From Prochlorococcus sp. AG-355-J04 (lineage in GTDB: Bacteria > Cyanobacteriota > Cyanobacteriia > PCC-6307 > Cyanobiaceae): a DNA stretch of 64,000 nucleotides. Shown piece by piece: positions 1-8,943 of this stretch. The notes beneath the pieces were generated by a model, which worked only from the letters and a program-made list of their open reading frames with translations, ran no database searches and had not been told where the DNA came from. The translations under genes and the position numbers were made by a program. The stretch is from positions 9,810 through 73,809 of the forward strand of contig QCDN01000002.1 in assembly GCA_003280885.1 (NCBI GenBank). The letters run 5' to 3'. The number at the start of each line of letters is the position of its first letter. Position 1 is the first letter of the stretch.

Positions 1-10
1 AGATTGGTTT

Positions 11-427
11 GTGTTCATAGCAAGTCAAATAGAGAAATCATGCTTAAACCTAATAGAAAAAAACTACTCAAGTAAAAACAAGGAAAACTACAAAAAAGGT
101 ATTAGATTTGAAAATCATTGTATGGAAATTCTCAAACAAAATGGCTGGGAAGTAAAAGAAACTCCTAATACAGGAGATCAAGGGGTTGACTTAATTGCGT
201 CAATAAATAATTTGAGAATATGTATCCAATGCAAAGATCATGAAAAAGCTATTGGAAATAAAGCAGTGCAGGAAATTTCAGCTGGTAAATTATTTTGGAA
301 AGGTACTCATGCAATAATAATCTCAAAATCTGGCTTTACAAAGTCTGCTCATCAATTAGCAAAATCAAATAAAGTAAAACTAATCAATGAATATCAATTA
401 AAAGATTTAGAGAAGTTTATTGTTTAA
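11..427 (+). CDS. Mrr-like (Mrr_cat) restriction endonuclease domain protein; may begin upstream of the window
   Basis: Motifs FExxC, GDQGVDLI, IQCK, AVQEI and SGFTKSA are typical of Mrr_cat PD-(D/E)xK nucleases; the frame is open to the window edge. Confidence 0.75.
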   Translation: MFIASQIEKSCLNLIEKNYSSKNKENYKKGIRFENHCMEILKQNGWEVKETPNTGDQGVDLIASINNLRICIQCKDHEKAIGNKAVQEISAGKLFWKGTHAIIISKSGFTKSAHQLAKSNKVKLINEYQLKDLEKFIV

Positions 428-432
428 ATAGT

Positions 433-837
433 TTATATCAATTGTGTTAAGCCTTCTTTATAAAGCAAAAGTGTTGTGAAAATTCCTGAAGCCCACATTA
501 AACCTCTAGCTGTTGGGATATTAAATACATAGGCACCAATATATAAAAAACGGAAAAGAGGATGAATCAATGCTGCAATTATTGCAATATTAGAGTCAGT
601 TAAAGTAATCAAACAAAGGAGACAAGCTGGAGCGTGTAGGGAAATACTTTCCCAACAATTTTGATGACACCAAACTGCTCTTTTACCAAAAGAAGGTAAT
701 TCGTCGAATAAAGCCCTGGGAGCAGACATATTTTCAACAGAATATCCCGCTTTAACTCTCCCTATAGTTAGTGGAATAATTGATAATAAAACAACACCAA
801 CTGATAGACAAAGGCTCCAGGCAAAAGCTACTTGCAT
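433..837 (-). CDS. MAPEG family membrane protein
   Basis: Four hydrophobic segments; RAxxCHQNxWE and RxLYI motifs. Confidence 0.8.
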   Translation of the reverse strand: MQVAFAWSLCLSVGVVLLSIIPLTIGRVKAGYSVENMSAPRALFDELPSFGKRAVWCHQNCWESISLHAPACLLCLITLTDSNIAIIAALIHPLFRFLYIGAYVFNIPTARGLMWASGIFTTLLLYKEGLTQLI

Positions 838-948
838 ATGATTTAAATAATATTATTAGCTTAATAATTGCTTCTCGTTATCGTGAAAAATCACTACCAT
901 AGATAAAACTTTGCAAAAAATGCTGTAATTTATTAAAAAAAATAATTT

Positions 949-1074
949 ATGGATATTTCAAACATAGTTTTAATTTTTGGCATAAGTTTACTAATATATT
1001 TTGCTTTTCTGTTTTTAGGATTTTTTCTTAAGAATAAAAATCTAAAGGCACAGAATCTAAAAAAAGAAGAATAG
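949..1074 (+). CDS. Small single-TM hypothetical protein (41 aa, MDISNIVLIFGISLLIYF...)
   Basis: ORF read by hand; ATG, hydrophobic helix, basic tail. Confidence 0.5.
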   Translation: MDISNIVLIFGISLLIYFAFLFLGFFLKNKNLKAQNLKKEE

Positions 1075-1202
1075 ATTATTAACGCCACGAATTTATTATT
1101 TTCTCAAAATTTTATATCTTTTTGGAAATATTTCATGGAAATAAAATTTGAACCTAATAATAATAAGGAATAATTGAAATCAAATAATACAGTTGCTGGT
1201 AT

Positions 1203-1496
1203 ATGAAAAAATTTTATAAATTTATTAAAAGTTTTCTTTTTATATCACTATGGCTTATTTTATCCTCATTTTTAACACAATATTGGAATACCTTTCATTG
1301 GGAATATGTTTACTTAAACTTCAGAATTATATTTGATAAAGAATTCTGGTTTGTTATAGAAAAAATTCTTTTAGGATTTGATATAGGTTACTGGTTAGAA
1401 GAAGCACTAAAATTCTTAAGTTATGAAATACCTAAAGAATCATTTAAATATTTACCAATTTATTTCGTATTAAAGTCTATTTGGATAAAGAATTAA
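1203..1496 (+). CDS. Hypothetical membrane protein
   Basis: ORF track, 97 aa, hydrophobic and aromatic-rich. Confidence 0.55.
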   Translation: MKKFYKFIKSFLFISLWLILSSFLTQYWNTFHWEYVYLNFRIIFDKEFWFVIEKILLGFDIGYWLEEALKFLSYEIPKESFKYLPIYFVLKSIWIKN

Positions 1497-1505
1497 TTTC
1501 TATTT

Positions 1506-2048
1506 TTAATAGATTTTAATAAATTCCTTGAAATTCTTGAATAAAGTCGGTGAATTTATTTTTCTTAAAACAAATAAAGTTCCTTTATCACCTCTACAGA
1601 TTCTAAGCTTATTGCTTAAATAAGTTATCTCTAACCACCCTAATTGTTCATTATTTATTTCTTTCATAGCCTTTATATTTTTTTTTCCAAATTTAGGACC
1701 AATAACACCAGCATGTGTAAATTTGACCCCAATTTTTTTTTCATTTATGTAATTAAGTCTTATTAAAATCCCAGTACCAATAATTGATTTTATTCCTCTA
1801 GGTTTAAGTAAATTAAGACCATTTAAATTTAAGGGATCAAGAATTTGAAGGTTATCAATAAAAGGCGAATATTTTAAAAAAGGACTATTAGAACTACTCC
1901 ACCTAAGCTCCCAAACACCCTGCAAATCATTTCTATCTTTGCTAAAGGAAAAATTATGATCAATTTCAAGTTGTTCGGCAATATTACGTATACTCTCTGA
2001 ATTTGGAGATTTAAGAAGTAAATTTAATAAATCATTTTCGGTTTCCAT
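1506..2048 (-). CDS. PAP/fibrillin family protein
   Basis: LQGVWELRWSS and GWLEITYLSNKLRICRGDKGTLFVL motifs. Confidence 0.85.
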   Translation of the reverse strand: METENDLLNLLLKSPNSESIRNIAEQLEIDHNFSFSKDRNDLQGVWELRWSSSNSPFLKYSPFIDNLQILDPLNLNGLNLLKPRGIKSIIGTGILIRLNYINEKKIGVKFTHAGVIGPKFGKKNIKAMKEINNEQLGWLEITYLSNKLRICRGDKGTLFVLRKINSPTLFKNFKEFIKIY

Positions 2049-2124
2049 TTAATAAACGCTGGAGTATATAGCTAAGGATAAATACTTACCTCCATGTGCT
2101 ATATTCTACCCAGAATATGTTGAT

Positions 2125-2412
2125 TTGATGACAAAGAGCTATTGGCTTAAGAAAATTTCAATTCCAAATGCTGATTTATTTTTGGAATATATAAGGACAG
2201 TATTGCCTTGGATTAAATCTGTGGGAGGAGTAATAGTAAAAAGAGATTTAATACAAGAATCAACCTCAAATGAATGGGATGGAGGACAGCTTGGATTAGT
2301 AATTGAATTCGAATCAAAATTTGCTGCTAAAAAAGCATTTTATTCTGAAGTATTTCAAAAATATCTGCAGTCCAGAGATTTAATGGAACTAGTTACTATA
2401 AGTACTCTTTAA
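2125..2412 (+). CDS. DUF1330 family protein
   Basis: GG...VIEFES...AKKAFYSEVFQ pattern. Confidence 0.7.
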   Translation: MMTKSYWLKKISIPNADLFLEYIRTVLPWIKSVGGVIVKRDLIQESTSNEWDGGQLGLVIEFESKFAAKKAFYSEVFQKYLQSRDLMELVTISTL

Positions 2413-2548
2413 AAAACCAACAAATATCGACCTCACATAAACAACTTATAAGTATTTATTACTATTAAATTATTTATGTAATATTTATAACTTCACTAGC
2501 AATAGCATATTTTGCAAAATTTAATTGTAAAAGTAATCCGTTAATCAA

Positions 2549-2728
2549 ATGAACTATTCAACAGAAAAAGATGATTATTTGATGACAACTCCATATACAA
2601 AGAAAATTCAGCAAAAATTTGAAAAGGTTAAATCTTTTTTAGAGCAAAATGGATTTAATCCTTCATCAGAGAGCTTAATGCAAGATATAGTTAGCTCAGA
2701 AGAATATATTGCTAAAAATGGCTTATAA
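2549..2728 (+). CDS. Small hypothetical protein (59 aa, MNYSTEKDDYLMTTPY...)
   Basis: ORF read by hand, just under the 60-aa track cutoff. Confidence 0.55.
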   Translation: MNYSTEKDDYLMTTPYTKKIQQKFEKVKSFLEQNGFNPSSESLMQDIVSSEEYIAKNGL

Positions 2729-2732
2729 AATA

Positions 2733-2912
2733 TCAGAATATATTCAGAGTCCTTAAATAATAAAAACCGCCTATTAGAAAAGGTAATAATATTCCAATAA
2801 ATAAAAATATAGATTTCTTTGATTCGCCTTCTGATATGGGGTTAATTTCTGGTTCAATTGCAAAACCATTTTGTCTACCACCGCTTTCGGTTGTATAACC
2901 TTTTTTATTCAT
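2733..2912 (-). CDS. psb34: Psb34/Ssl1498-family photosystem II assembly small protein (59 aa)
   Basis: MNKKGYTTESGGRQNGFAIEPE followed by a C-terminal TM helix, matching the YTTxEGGRxNxFAxEP family signature. Confidence 0.7.
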   Translation of the reverse strand: MNKKGYTTESGGRQNGFAIEPEINPISEGESKKSIFLFIGILLPFLIGGFYYLRTLNIF

Positions 2913-2997
2913 ATGAAAAATAATCTATGCAGATTATCTCATGTAAAAACTTATTTTAAAAAACTGTTTACATTTAGAATTAAACTAATTTTAAGAT

Positions 2998-3132
2998 CTA
3001 ATAATTGATTTCAATCTGAGATTTCAATTTGGCTGCTTTTTTTAAAAGACCTACAACTTCCTTACGGCCAGTAGCAAACTCAGCCTTGTTAAGTAACTCG
3101 CTATATTTTTTTGTGATTTCTCTATGGTTCAT
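2998..3132 (-). CDS. Small basic hypothetical protein (44 aa, MNHREITKKYSELLNKAEFATGRKE...)
   Basis: ORF read by hand; amphipathic helical composition; an alternative ATG lies 15 nt upstream. Confidence 0.6.
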   Translation of the reverse strand: MNHREITKKYSELLNKAEFATGRKEVVGLLKKAAKLKSQIEINY

Positions 3133-3218
3133 TTTGGGTATCATCATATATAAATTATAAAGTTACTAAAAAAATTTTTTGTATAAAAGATATCAAAAAA
3201 GAGTTTAAGTACCTTTAC

Positions 3219-3521
3219 CTATTTAAACCAACCTTTTTTCTTTGGTTTAATCTCTTCTTTAATAACTTCTTTTTTTCTCCCAAATAATCCCTTTTTTGGG
3301 ACTGTTAAATTCTCTTCAACAGGTTTAGATTTTCTGTTAAATAAGCCTTTTTTAGGTTCTTTTTTAATTGATTCTTTTTTGTCGGAAATCTTTGTTTTTT
3401 TAGGATTTGATTTTGAATTTTTGGGTTTGCTATCTGTAAATAAAGTTTGATATACAAAAAAACCAAAAACAGCAAAGAAGCCTAATGCCTGTACTAGAGC
3501 AGTTCCAAGATTATCAAACAT
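3219..3521 (-). CDS. Membrane-anchored Lys-rich hypothetical protein with three PKKG(L/W)F repeats
   Basis: N-terminal TM segment; repeats visible in the translation. Confidence 0.7.
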   Translation of the reverse strand: MFDNLGTALVQALGFFAVFGFFVYQTLFTDSKPKNSKSNPKKTKISDKKESIKKEPKKGLFNRKSKPVEENLTVPKKGLFGRKKEVIKEEIKPKKKGWFK

Positions 3522-3707
3522 TTAGGCCTCAACTTTGTATAGTGATTCTTTTTCTTTCGCTTCTATACATTTTTTATCATCAGACAAGCATTCGATTTCT
3601 GCCTTTTTCTCAATATGAGAACTGCAGCCACCTGCATTTGCATTAGATATCGAAAACAAAGTTAGTACCCCTAAAATTAAGGAGCATGAGGTGTTAATCG
3701 GTTTCAT
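3522..3707 (-). CDS. Small secreted Cys-containing hypothetical protein
   Basis: Signal peptide ending ANA, then GGCSSH...C..C; its stop codon abuts the next ATG. Confidence 0.6.
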   Translation of the reverse strand: MKPINTSCSLILGVLTLFSISNANAGGCSSHIEKKAEIECLSDDKKCIEAKEKESLYKVEA

Positions 3708-3792
3708 GAGTTTTATTTTTATTATGGAAAAATAATTTCGAAATTGCGAAGATAATCTTCTCTTCTGCTAAAAGTATCCCCTTTTTATATAT

Positions 3793-3972
3793 CTATTTGT
3801 AGTAATTAACTAAATCGATAATTAATATTGCTAATAATGAAAAACCTAAAATGAAAGGTAAATAAGGATATTTATTTAAAATTTTGTTTAGTTGATTTTT
3901 CGATGTTTGTTTTTCCTTTTTCTTTTCTCTAGGTGGTAAGCCTAACTCTTCCCTTCTCTTAGCTTCTCCCAT
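3793..3972 (-). CDS. DUF2839-like small membrane protein (59 aa)
   Basis: MGEAKRREELGLPPR N-terminus plus a C-terminal TM helix. Confidence 0.7.
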   Translation of the reverse strand: MGEAKRREELGLPPREKKKEKQTSKNQLNKILNKYPYLPFILGFSLLAILIIDLVNYYK

Positions 3973-4099
3973 AATTTTTAAACTATTTATGATTATTCTA
4001 TATACCTAGTAGTAGTAGTGTATTGTTCTAGATTTAAATTATTAACGGTTAAATTAATTTAAATTTTGGATATATTAAAAATATATAAAAAAAATTTAC

Positions 4100-4207
4100 A
4101 TGATAGAAGTAGTTTGGTCAGTAAATATAATGATTGCAATTCTTATTATTGGTGTTGCCTGGGTTCTTTATTACATATTTACTTATGATCAAAAATTTAC
4201 TTCCTAG
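4100..4207 (+). CDS. Small single-TM protein (35 aa, MIEVVWSVNIMIAILIIGVAWVLYYIFTYDQKFTS)
   Basis: ORF read by hand, 4 nt upstream of the next gene. Confidence 0.55.
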   Translation: MIEVVWSVNIMIAILIIGVAWVLYYIFTYDQKFTS

Positions 4208-4211
4208 ATAA

Positions 4212-4394
4212 ATGTCAGATAAAGATCTAAGTAATTTTCTAAAAAAAATAGAGCAACTTAATCAAATTGCTGAGCTAATAAAAAATAATCCTAGTAAAAA
4301 GTTATCCCTTTCAAAATGCAAGAATCATGATGAAGTAATTAAATTAACCACTGAATGGGGTTTTGATATTGGTAAAAGGTGGGGAGAATATTAA
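4212..4394 (+). CDS. Nif11-like domain protein
   Basis: MSxxDLxxFL...L..C....EVI.L..EWGFDI pattern. Confidence 0.6.
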   Translation: MSDKDLSNFLKKIEQLNQIAELIKNNPSKKLSLSKCKNHDEVIKLTTEWGFDIGKRWGEY

Positions 4395-4479
4395 TTGATT
4401 TTATTACCAGCATTATTAAAATTGCCATCAAACTCAAATTAAATTCCTAAGATTAATTAGTATTTCTTGTATTGGAGTT

Positions 4480-5229
4480 ATGAAAGAAATTGGAGAGATA
4501 AAGTCAAATATATATAAAATAGCTGCTGTTACAGATAGGGGGCAAAGATTAAATAAATTGATTTCTCCTATGTATGAGGAAAAAGCTAATGAAATGGATG
4601 AATTGATTGATGCTCTTAAAGACTTTAGTTTTGAAATATCAGAAAAATTATTGTCTGGAGAGTGGGAATTGATTTTTTCTAATGTTGAATTATTTCGAAG
4701 TTCCCCTTTCTTCCTTGCTATTGAAAAGGCATTAAATGATGAATTTAAAAGTAATCTTTTTTTTAAATTACATCAATTGCAAGTAGGATCCTTTGGCATT
4801 TCAACTATTGGAAGAATTGCTCAAAAGATTGATTTTGACAAAAAAGAATTTATATCTACTTTTGACACCACAATATTTGGGCTCACAACAATTCCTATCT
4901 TAGGTTGGTTCAAACTATTGACTACTTTTGGTGGAAGGGTAATAACCCTAGCAAGTGATTTAGTTTTAAGAAATAATTTACTTGATATGAACTTACAAAA
5001 GACAAAAGTTTCCAAAGTTGATGGACTTAATAAGATTCCATTATTTAGTGAATTACTTATGGATAGATGGTATCCAGTTAAAGAGGTATGGAATAAGTTA
5101 CCTTGGAATAAAGAATCGCCAAATTGCCAGGTTTCAATTTTATATTTAGACGATGAAATGAGAATTATGCAGGATATGTATGGGTCTATTTTTATTTATA
5201 TAAGGCCTTCAATTTCCTTGTTGAATTAA
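4480..5229 (+). CDS. PAP/fibrillin family protein
   Basis: AAVTDRGQ, LSGEWELIFS and YLDDEMRI motifs. Confidence 0.8.
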   Translation: MKEIGEIKSNIYKIAAVTDRGQRLNKLISPMYEEKANEMDELIDALKDFSFEISEKLLSGEWELIFSNVELFRSSPFFLAIEKALNDEFKSNLFFKLHQLQVGSFGISTIGRIAQKIDFDKKEFISTFDTTIFGLTTIPILGWFKLLTTFGGRVITLASDLVLRNNLLDMNLQKTKVSKVDGLNKIPLFSELLMDRWYPVKEVWNKLPWNKESPNCQVSILYLDDEMRIMQDMYGSIFIYIRPSISLLN

Positions 5230-5381
5230 AATTCAATCTCTAATGATTAATTAAAATACTGAATAATATTTTTGTAATTTATAGAATAAATCCATTAAAA
5301 TTTATTTTAAAGATAAATTAATAAAAAATTCTCACATCTTAAATACAAATAGGTTACGTTCATAATGAACATTTTTTTATT

Positions 5382-5696
5382 ATGCTTAGAAATCAAGAAA
5401 AAAATTCAGTCGTTAGAGGAATATTCCTAATAGGAGGTTGGGGCTTAGGTCTAGACAGATTCTACGAAGGAGATAAAAAAGGTGGCTTTTTATCAATCAT
5501 TGGTTGGAGTATCACATTTTTTAGCTTTATCTTTCTTAAATGTTCAGGTTATGAATATGTTGAGGGTGTAAAAGATTATTCAGATTATTCCCCTAATCCT
5601 TTAATAGTATTACCTTTACTGGCAGGAGCATATGGTGGCTTTCTAATAATCAAGAAGGCATTTAGATTAGCAAAGCAATTTGAGAATGCTGAATAA
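5382..5696 (+). CDS. TM2-domain membrane protein
   Basis: GGWGLGLDRFY.G motif. Confidence 0.6.
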   Translation: MLRNQEKNSVVRGIFLIGGWGLGLDRFYEGDKKGGFLSIIGWSITFFSFIFLKCSGYEYVEGVKDYSDYSPNPLIVLPLLAGAYGGFLIIKKAFRLAKQFENAE

Positions 5697-5714
5697 TAAT
5701 AACAGCAGGCATGT

Positions 5715-5876
5715 TCAAGATAATAATCCAGATCCTTTCAAATAAAATTTAAATAAAAGAATTACTAAAAGGTTTACTATTGCTAGGGCTACTAAACCAT
5801 TTCTGTTTTTTACATCTAATTTCTTGACTAAATTAGAAAGATAAACGACTGGATTTTCTGGCTCTTTATTATCCAA
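5715..5876 (-). CDS. Small membrane hypothetical protein (53 aa, TTG start)
   Basis: ORF read by hand: MDNKEPENPVVYLSNLVKKLDVKNRNGLVALAIVNLLVILLFKFYLKGSGLLS. Confidence 0.45.
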   Translation of the reverse strand: MDNKEPENPVVYLSNLVKKLDVKNRNGLVALAIVNLLVILLFKFYLKGSGLLS

Positions 5877-5972
5877 ACTTTATTTAAATATTAATTTGAA
5901 AAGAAAATATCACAGTTTCATTTGAAGAATCAAAATTGTAAAGATGATTATCCAAAAAGAAATAAATAATTT

Positions 5973-6347
5973 CTAACCCATAATTCCTGCATTTCTTAAA
6001 AACGCTTTACCCATATTGCCAATTACAAAAAATAGAGACAAATTAATTAAAAGGATTATTAATAATGCCAACATTTTATAGTTTGGATTAGTTGAAATTC
6101 CATCAAATCCATTATTAAGAAATCTTTTAAAAAGTGATTTGTCAATTTTTGGTTTTTTTTGCTCAGAATCAAGTTTTACTTTTTCTTCTGAAGAATCTTG
6201 ATTACTTGCCTTCTCAAGAAATTCTGTAAATGCCTTAACATTTTCTTCTTTTTTATTTCCCTCATTAAGATCTTTATTGTCTTCATTCAAATTGGGGGCC
6301 GATTCGATTGAATTATTTTCCTCAGGATTAAGTTTTGAATCTTCCAA
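5973..6347 (-). CDS. Hypothetical protein with an acidic N-terminus and a C-terminal TM helix
   Basis: ORF track, 124 aa. Confidence 0.6.
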   Translation of the reverse strand: MEDSKLNPEENNSIESAPNLNEDNKDLNEGNKKEENVKAFTEFLEKASNQDSSEEKVKLDSEQKKPKIDKSLFKRFLNNGFDGISTNPNYKMLALLIILLINLSLFFVIGNMGKAFLRNAGIMG

Positions 6348-6381
6348 ATTAGTATTAAATGCTAGGAGTATATTACACCAT

Positions 6382-6416
6382 AAAAAAAACCCACTCGATC
6401 AATTGAAGAGAGGGTT
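6382..6416 (-). terminator. Intrinsic terminator-like hairpin (possible end of a short sRNA)
   Basis: AACCCTCTC...GAGTGGGTT stem (one mismatch) running into a T tract on the minus strand. Confidence 0.55.
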
Positions 6417-6526
6417 AGCTAAGGTTAAAGTTCTTATATATATAATAATTTATTTTGATTAAGTTTGCGGTTGTAGCATAATGAAGTTTTAATTTAGATT
6501 AAATTCAAGGTGTTTTTTTAGTAAAT

Positions 6527-6733
6527 ATGTTAGATGCGAATACTAAAAAAGCATGTAAAGATGATCCCTCAATAAGAGAAATTAAAATTAGAAATATAGA
6601 ACATGCTATTGAACAAGCAGAATTGATGATAAAAGAATCAAAAATGAGCCAAGAAGAATTAATCTTCTTAAAAAGAAAAATATCGGACTCAAGACAGGAT
6701 TTAGAAATACTTTATTTAATGAAAATTCAATGA
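6527..6733 (+). CDS. Hypothetical helical protein
   Basis: ORF track, 68 aa, coiled-coil-like. Confidence 0.65.
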   Translation: MLDANTKKACKDDPSIREIKIRNIEHAIEQAELMIKESKMSQEELIFLKRKISDSRQDLEILYLMKIQ

Positions 6734-6849
6734 ATATAAATTTTTTTATCTTTTAAAAGAATTGAATTTTTGCAAAGAAAATTAATTTGTATATTTGAAG
6801 ACTTATAAAGCTTTAAGGGAATGTAATTATTTATATAAATGTTCTAATT

Positions 6850-6951
6850 ATGTCTAAAAATAATTTATATATACCTCTAAAGGTTGTTCCATACATCTTC
6901 ATTTCAATTACTGCTATTACAATTACAGCAGCTACATATGTAATTATCTAA
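6850..6951 (+). CDS. Small single-TM protein (33 aa, MSKNNLYIPLKVVPYIF...)
   Basis: ORF read by hand. Confidence 0.5.
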   Translation: MSKNNLYIPLKVVPYIFISITAITITAATYVII

Positions 6952-7013
6952 CTCTATGTATTACTTAAAATTTTTAATATTAAATAAATTAAAATATTCG
7001 TAAAAATAATTAT

Positions 7014-7250
7014 ATGAATAAACTCAAAATAGCAATTTTTACAATATCAACAATTATATTGTCCCTTATTGGAATTAAAAAATTAATTTATATAAATCAA
7101 TTGAAAGATTTAAAAAATAAAGAAGAATCGATCTTAAATGAATCTAATCGTGTTTTAAATGAATGCTTCGATCTAGAAAATAAAGATAAAAGAACTCATA
7201 ATGAATCAATTGAATTAATTGAGTATTGCTTAGAAGAATATGGATATTAA
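7014..7250 (+). CDS. Hypothetical protein with an N-terminal anchor and two Cys
   Basis: ORF track. Confidence 0.6.
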   Translation: MNKLKIAIFTISTIILSLIGIKKLIYINQLKDLKNKEESILNESNRVLNECFDLENKDKRTHNESIELIEYCLEEYGY

Positions 7251-7389
7251 AACTGATTTGAAGACTTTAGTGATGAATTCTTTTATACTCCACTAACATT
7301 CAAATTAATAAAATAATTTTTAACCAATTATCTTAGTTTGTTCCATTATTTTTTTATTAATAATAGTTTCCTAATTTAATGTTTTTGAA

Positions 7390-7797
7390 ATGACTAAAAT
7401 CAAATGTTCTTATTTAGGAGATTTAAACTGCGAAGCTATTCATCTACAATCGGGGAGTCTTATTAAAACAGACGCGCCTTTAGATCACTGTGGCAAAGGT
7501 GAAAGTTTTTCTCCAACTGACTTATTAGCGACATCTTTAGGTACGTGCCTGCTAACAATTATGGCAATTAAAGCTAAATCGAAAGGATTTGACTTGGAAG
7601 GTATATATTTAAATATTGAAAAAATAATGACCCAAAATAGCGATAGAAAGATAAAACAACTAATAATCGATATTTTTATACCAGAGCGTACATCGAATGA
7701 AACTATTGATTTTTTGAAAAATGCTTCCAAAGAATGTCCAGTTACAAGAAATTTATCTAAAGAAATAGATATTAAAATTAGTTGGCATCATGAATAA
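7390..7797 (+). CDS. OsmC/Ohr family protein
   Basis: TDAP...GKGESFSPTDLLATSLGTC and ECPV motifs (two conserved Cys). Confidence 0.9.
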   Translation: MTKIKCSYLGDLNCEAIHLQSGSLIKTDAPLDHCGKGESFSPTDLLATSLGTCLLTIMAIKAKSKGFDLEGIYLNIEKIMTQNSDRKIKQLIIDIFIPERTSNETIDFLKNASKECPVTRNLSKEIDIKISWHHE

Positions 7798-7827
7798 ATC
7801 TCAAACATAGTAATTACATAAAAAATA

Positions 7828-7938
7828 ATGAAATACTTTATTGGAATAGTCATTCTTCTATTTGGAATATATATAATGACAGACTTGGCATTAAAGACAA
7901 GGTATACAAGGAAAAGACTTTCAAAAGGAAAAAAATAA
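7828..7938 (+). CDS. Small TM protein with a basic tail (36 aa)
   Basis: ORF read by hand: MKYFIGIVILLFGIYIMTDLALKTRYTRKRLSKGKK. Confidence 0.5.
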   Translation: MKYFIGIVILLFGIYIMTDLALKTRYTRKRLSKGKK

Positions 7939-8012
7939 ATCCTATAAATTTTAATATTGCAGATTAAGAAATAGATTTATTTTTGTACTGAGAATTAAGG
8001 CATATTTTAGTT

Positions 8013-8297
8013 TTATTTTTTTACTATTTTTTGGTCAATCAAACTAATCAAAGGGATCATGAAATTTACATTTATTCCAACAGTGCACCATATATAAATA
8101 ATAAGAAAAAATATTTTTATAAATAAATTAGGGGGTAAGGTGAAAAATATTTTGAAAAAACCTCCAATGAATAATACCAATATTCCAATTTGCAAAAGAC
8201 CTTTGATTATCCATTTAACTCCATTTTTTTTAATATTTATATAAAACCAGAAAAAAACAAAACTAGATAACAATAAATATATAAAATTTATGATCAT
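8013..8297 (-). CDS. Hypothetical 3-TM membrane protein
   Basis: ORF track, very hydrophobic. Confidence 0.6.
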   Translation of the reverse strand: MIINFIYLLLSSFVFFWFYINIKKNGVKWIIKGLLQIGILVLFIGGFFKIFFTLPPNLFIKIFFLIIYIWCTVGINVNFMIPLISLIDQKIVKK

Positions 8298-8429
8298 CTT
8301 TTCAGAGAAAATCTAATAAATTTGCCATTAAGGCATTATGACAATTATCACTTTTTTTTCTGCTAATTTTTTTTAAAAATGGAAAAGTTATACAAAAAAC
8401 AATAAAAATAAATTGTTTTTTTCTTTATC

Positions 8430-8813
8430 TTAAAACATTTTAGATTTTAGTAAATCAACTCTTTTTTGATTCACTCCTAAATCACTTTCTCCAACTCTTG
8501 ATTCTGATCTTATTGATAAGATGTTTGATTCAGGTAGAAAGGATACTTCTAAGTCGTCTACATACTTCATCCATTTACTGGTTGCCTCAGCATGAAGATA
8601 ATCGCCATCAATTTCTACAATCTCAGTTCTTGGAGTGTTTTCGATAAATGTTTTAATCTCTTCAAAAGGTTTCTCAATATTATTAACCTCCCATTCTTCT
8701 CGAACACAATGAGCAATCTCTACACAAGGTTTTAGTTCTATATGTGAGGCAAATGATGAAGAAGGGAATAAAAAGCTTGAACAAATTAAAATTGTTAAAA
8801 AAAGTATTTGCAT
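8430..8813 (-). CDS. DUF1499 family protein
   Basis: PC....HCV, YLHAE..S....YVDDLE and RSESRVGESDLGVNxxRV motifs. Confidence 0.85.
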   Translation of the reverse strand: MQILFLTILICSSFLFPSSSFASHIELKPCVEIAHCVREEWEVNNIEKPFEEIKTFIENTPRTEIVEIDGDYLHAEATSKWMKYVDDLEVSFLPESNILSIRSESRVGESDLGVNQKRVDLLKSKMF

Positions 8814-8943
8814 TAACAGAAGAATTTAACGACTCATAATCTAACGAATTAAATTACTAATTTGTAATGACGACCTAATTATTTTGGAAGAAAGCATATT
8901 TATTTTTATATTCAGAATTTAATATTTATTTCTAATAATCCCC

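Noticed and set aside
4212-4394. Prochlorosin/lanthipeptide precursor
   Set aside because: No GG/GA cleavage motif, no Cys/Ser/Thr-rich core and no LanM/ProcM gene in the window
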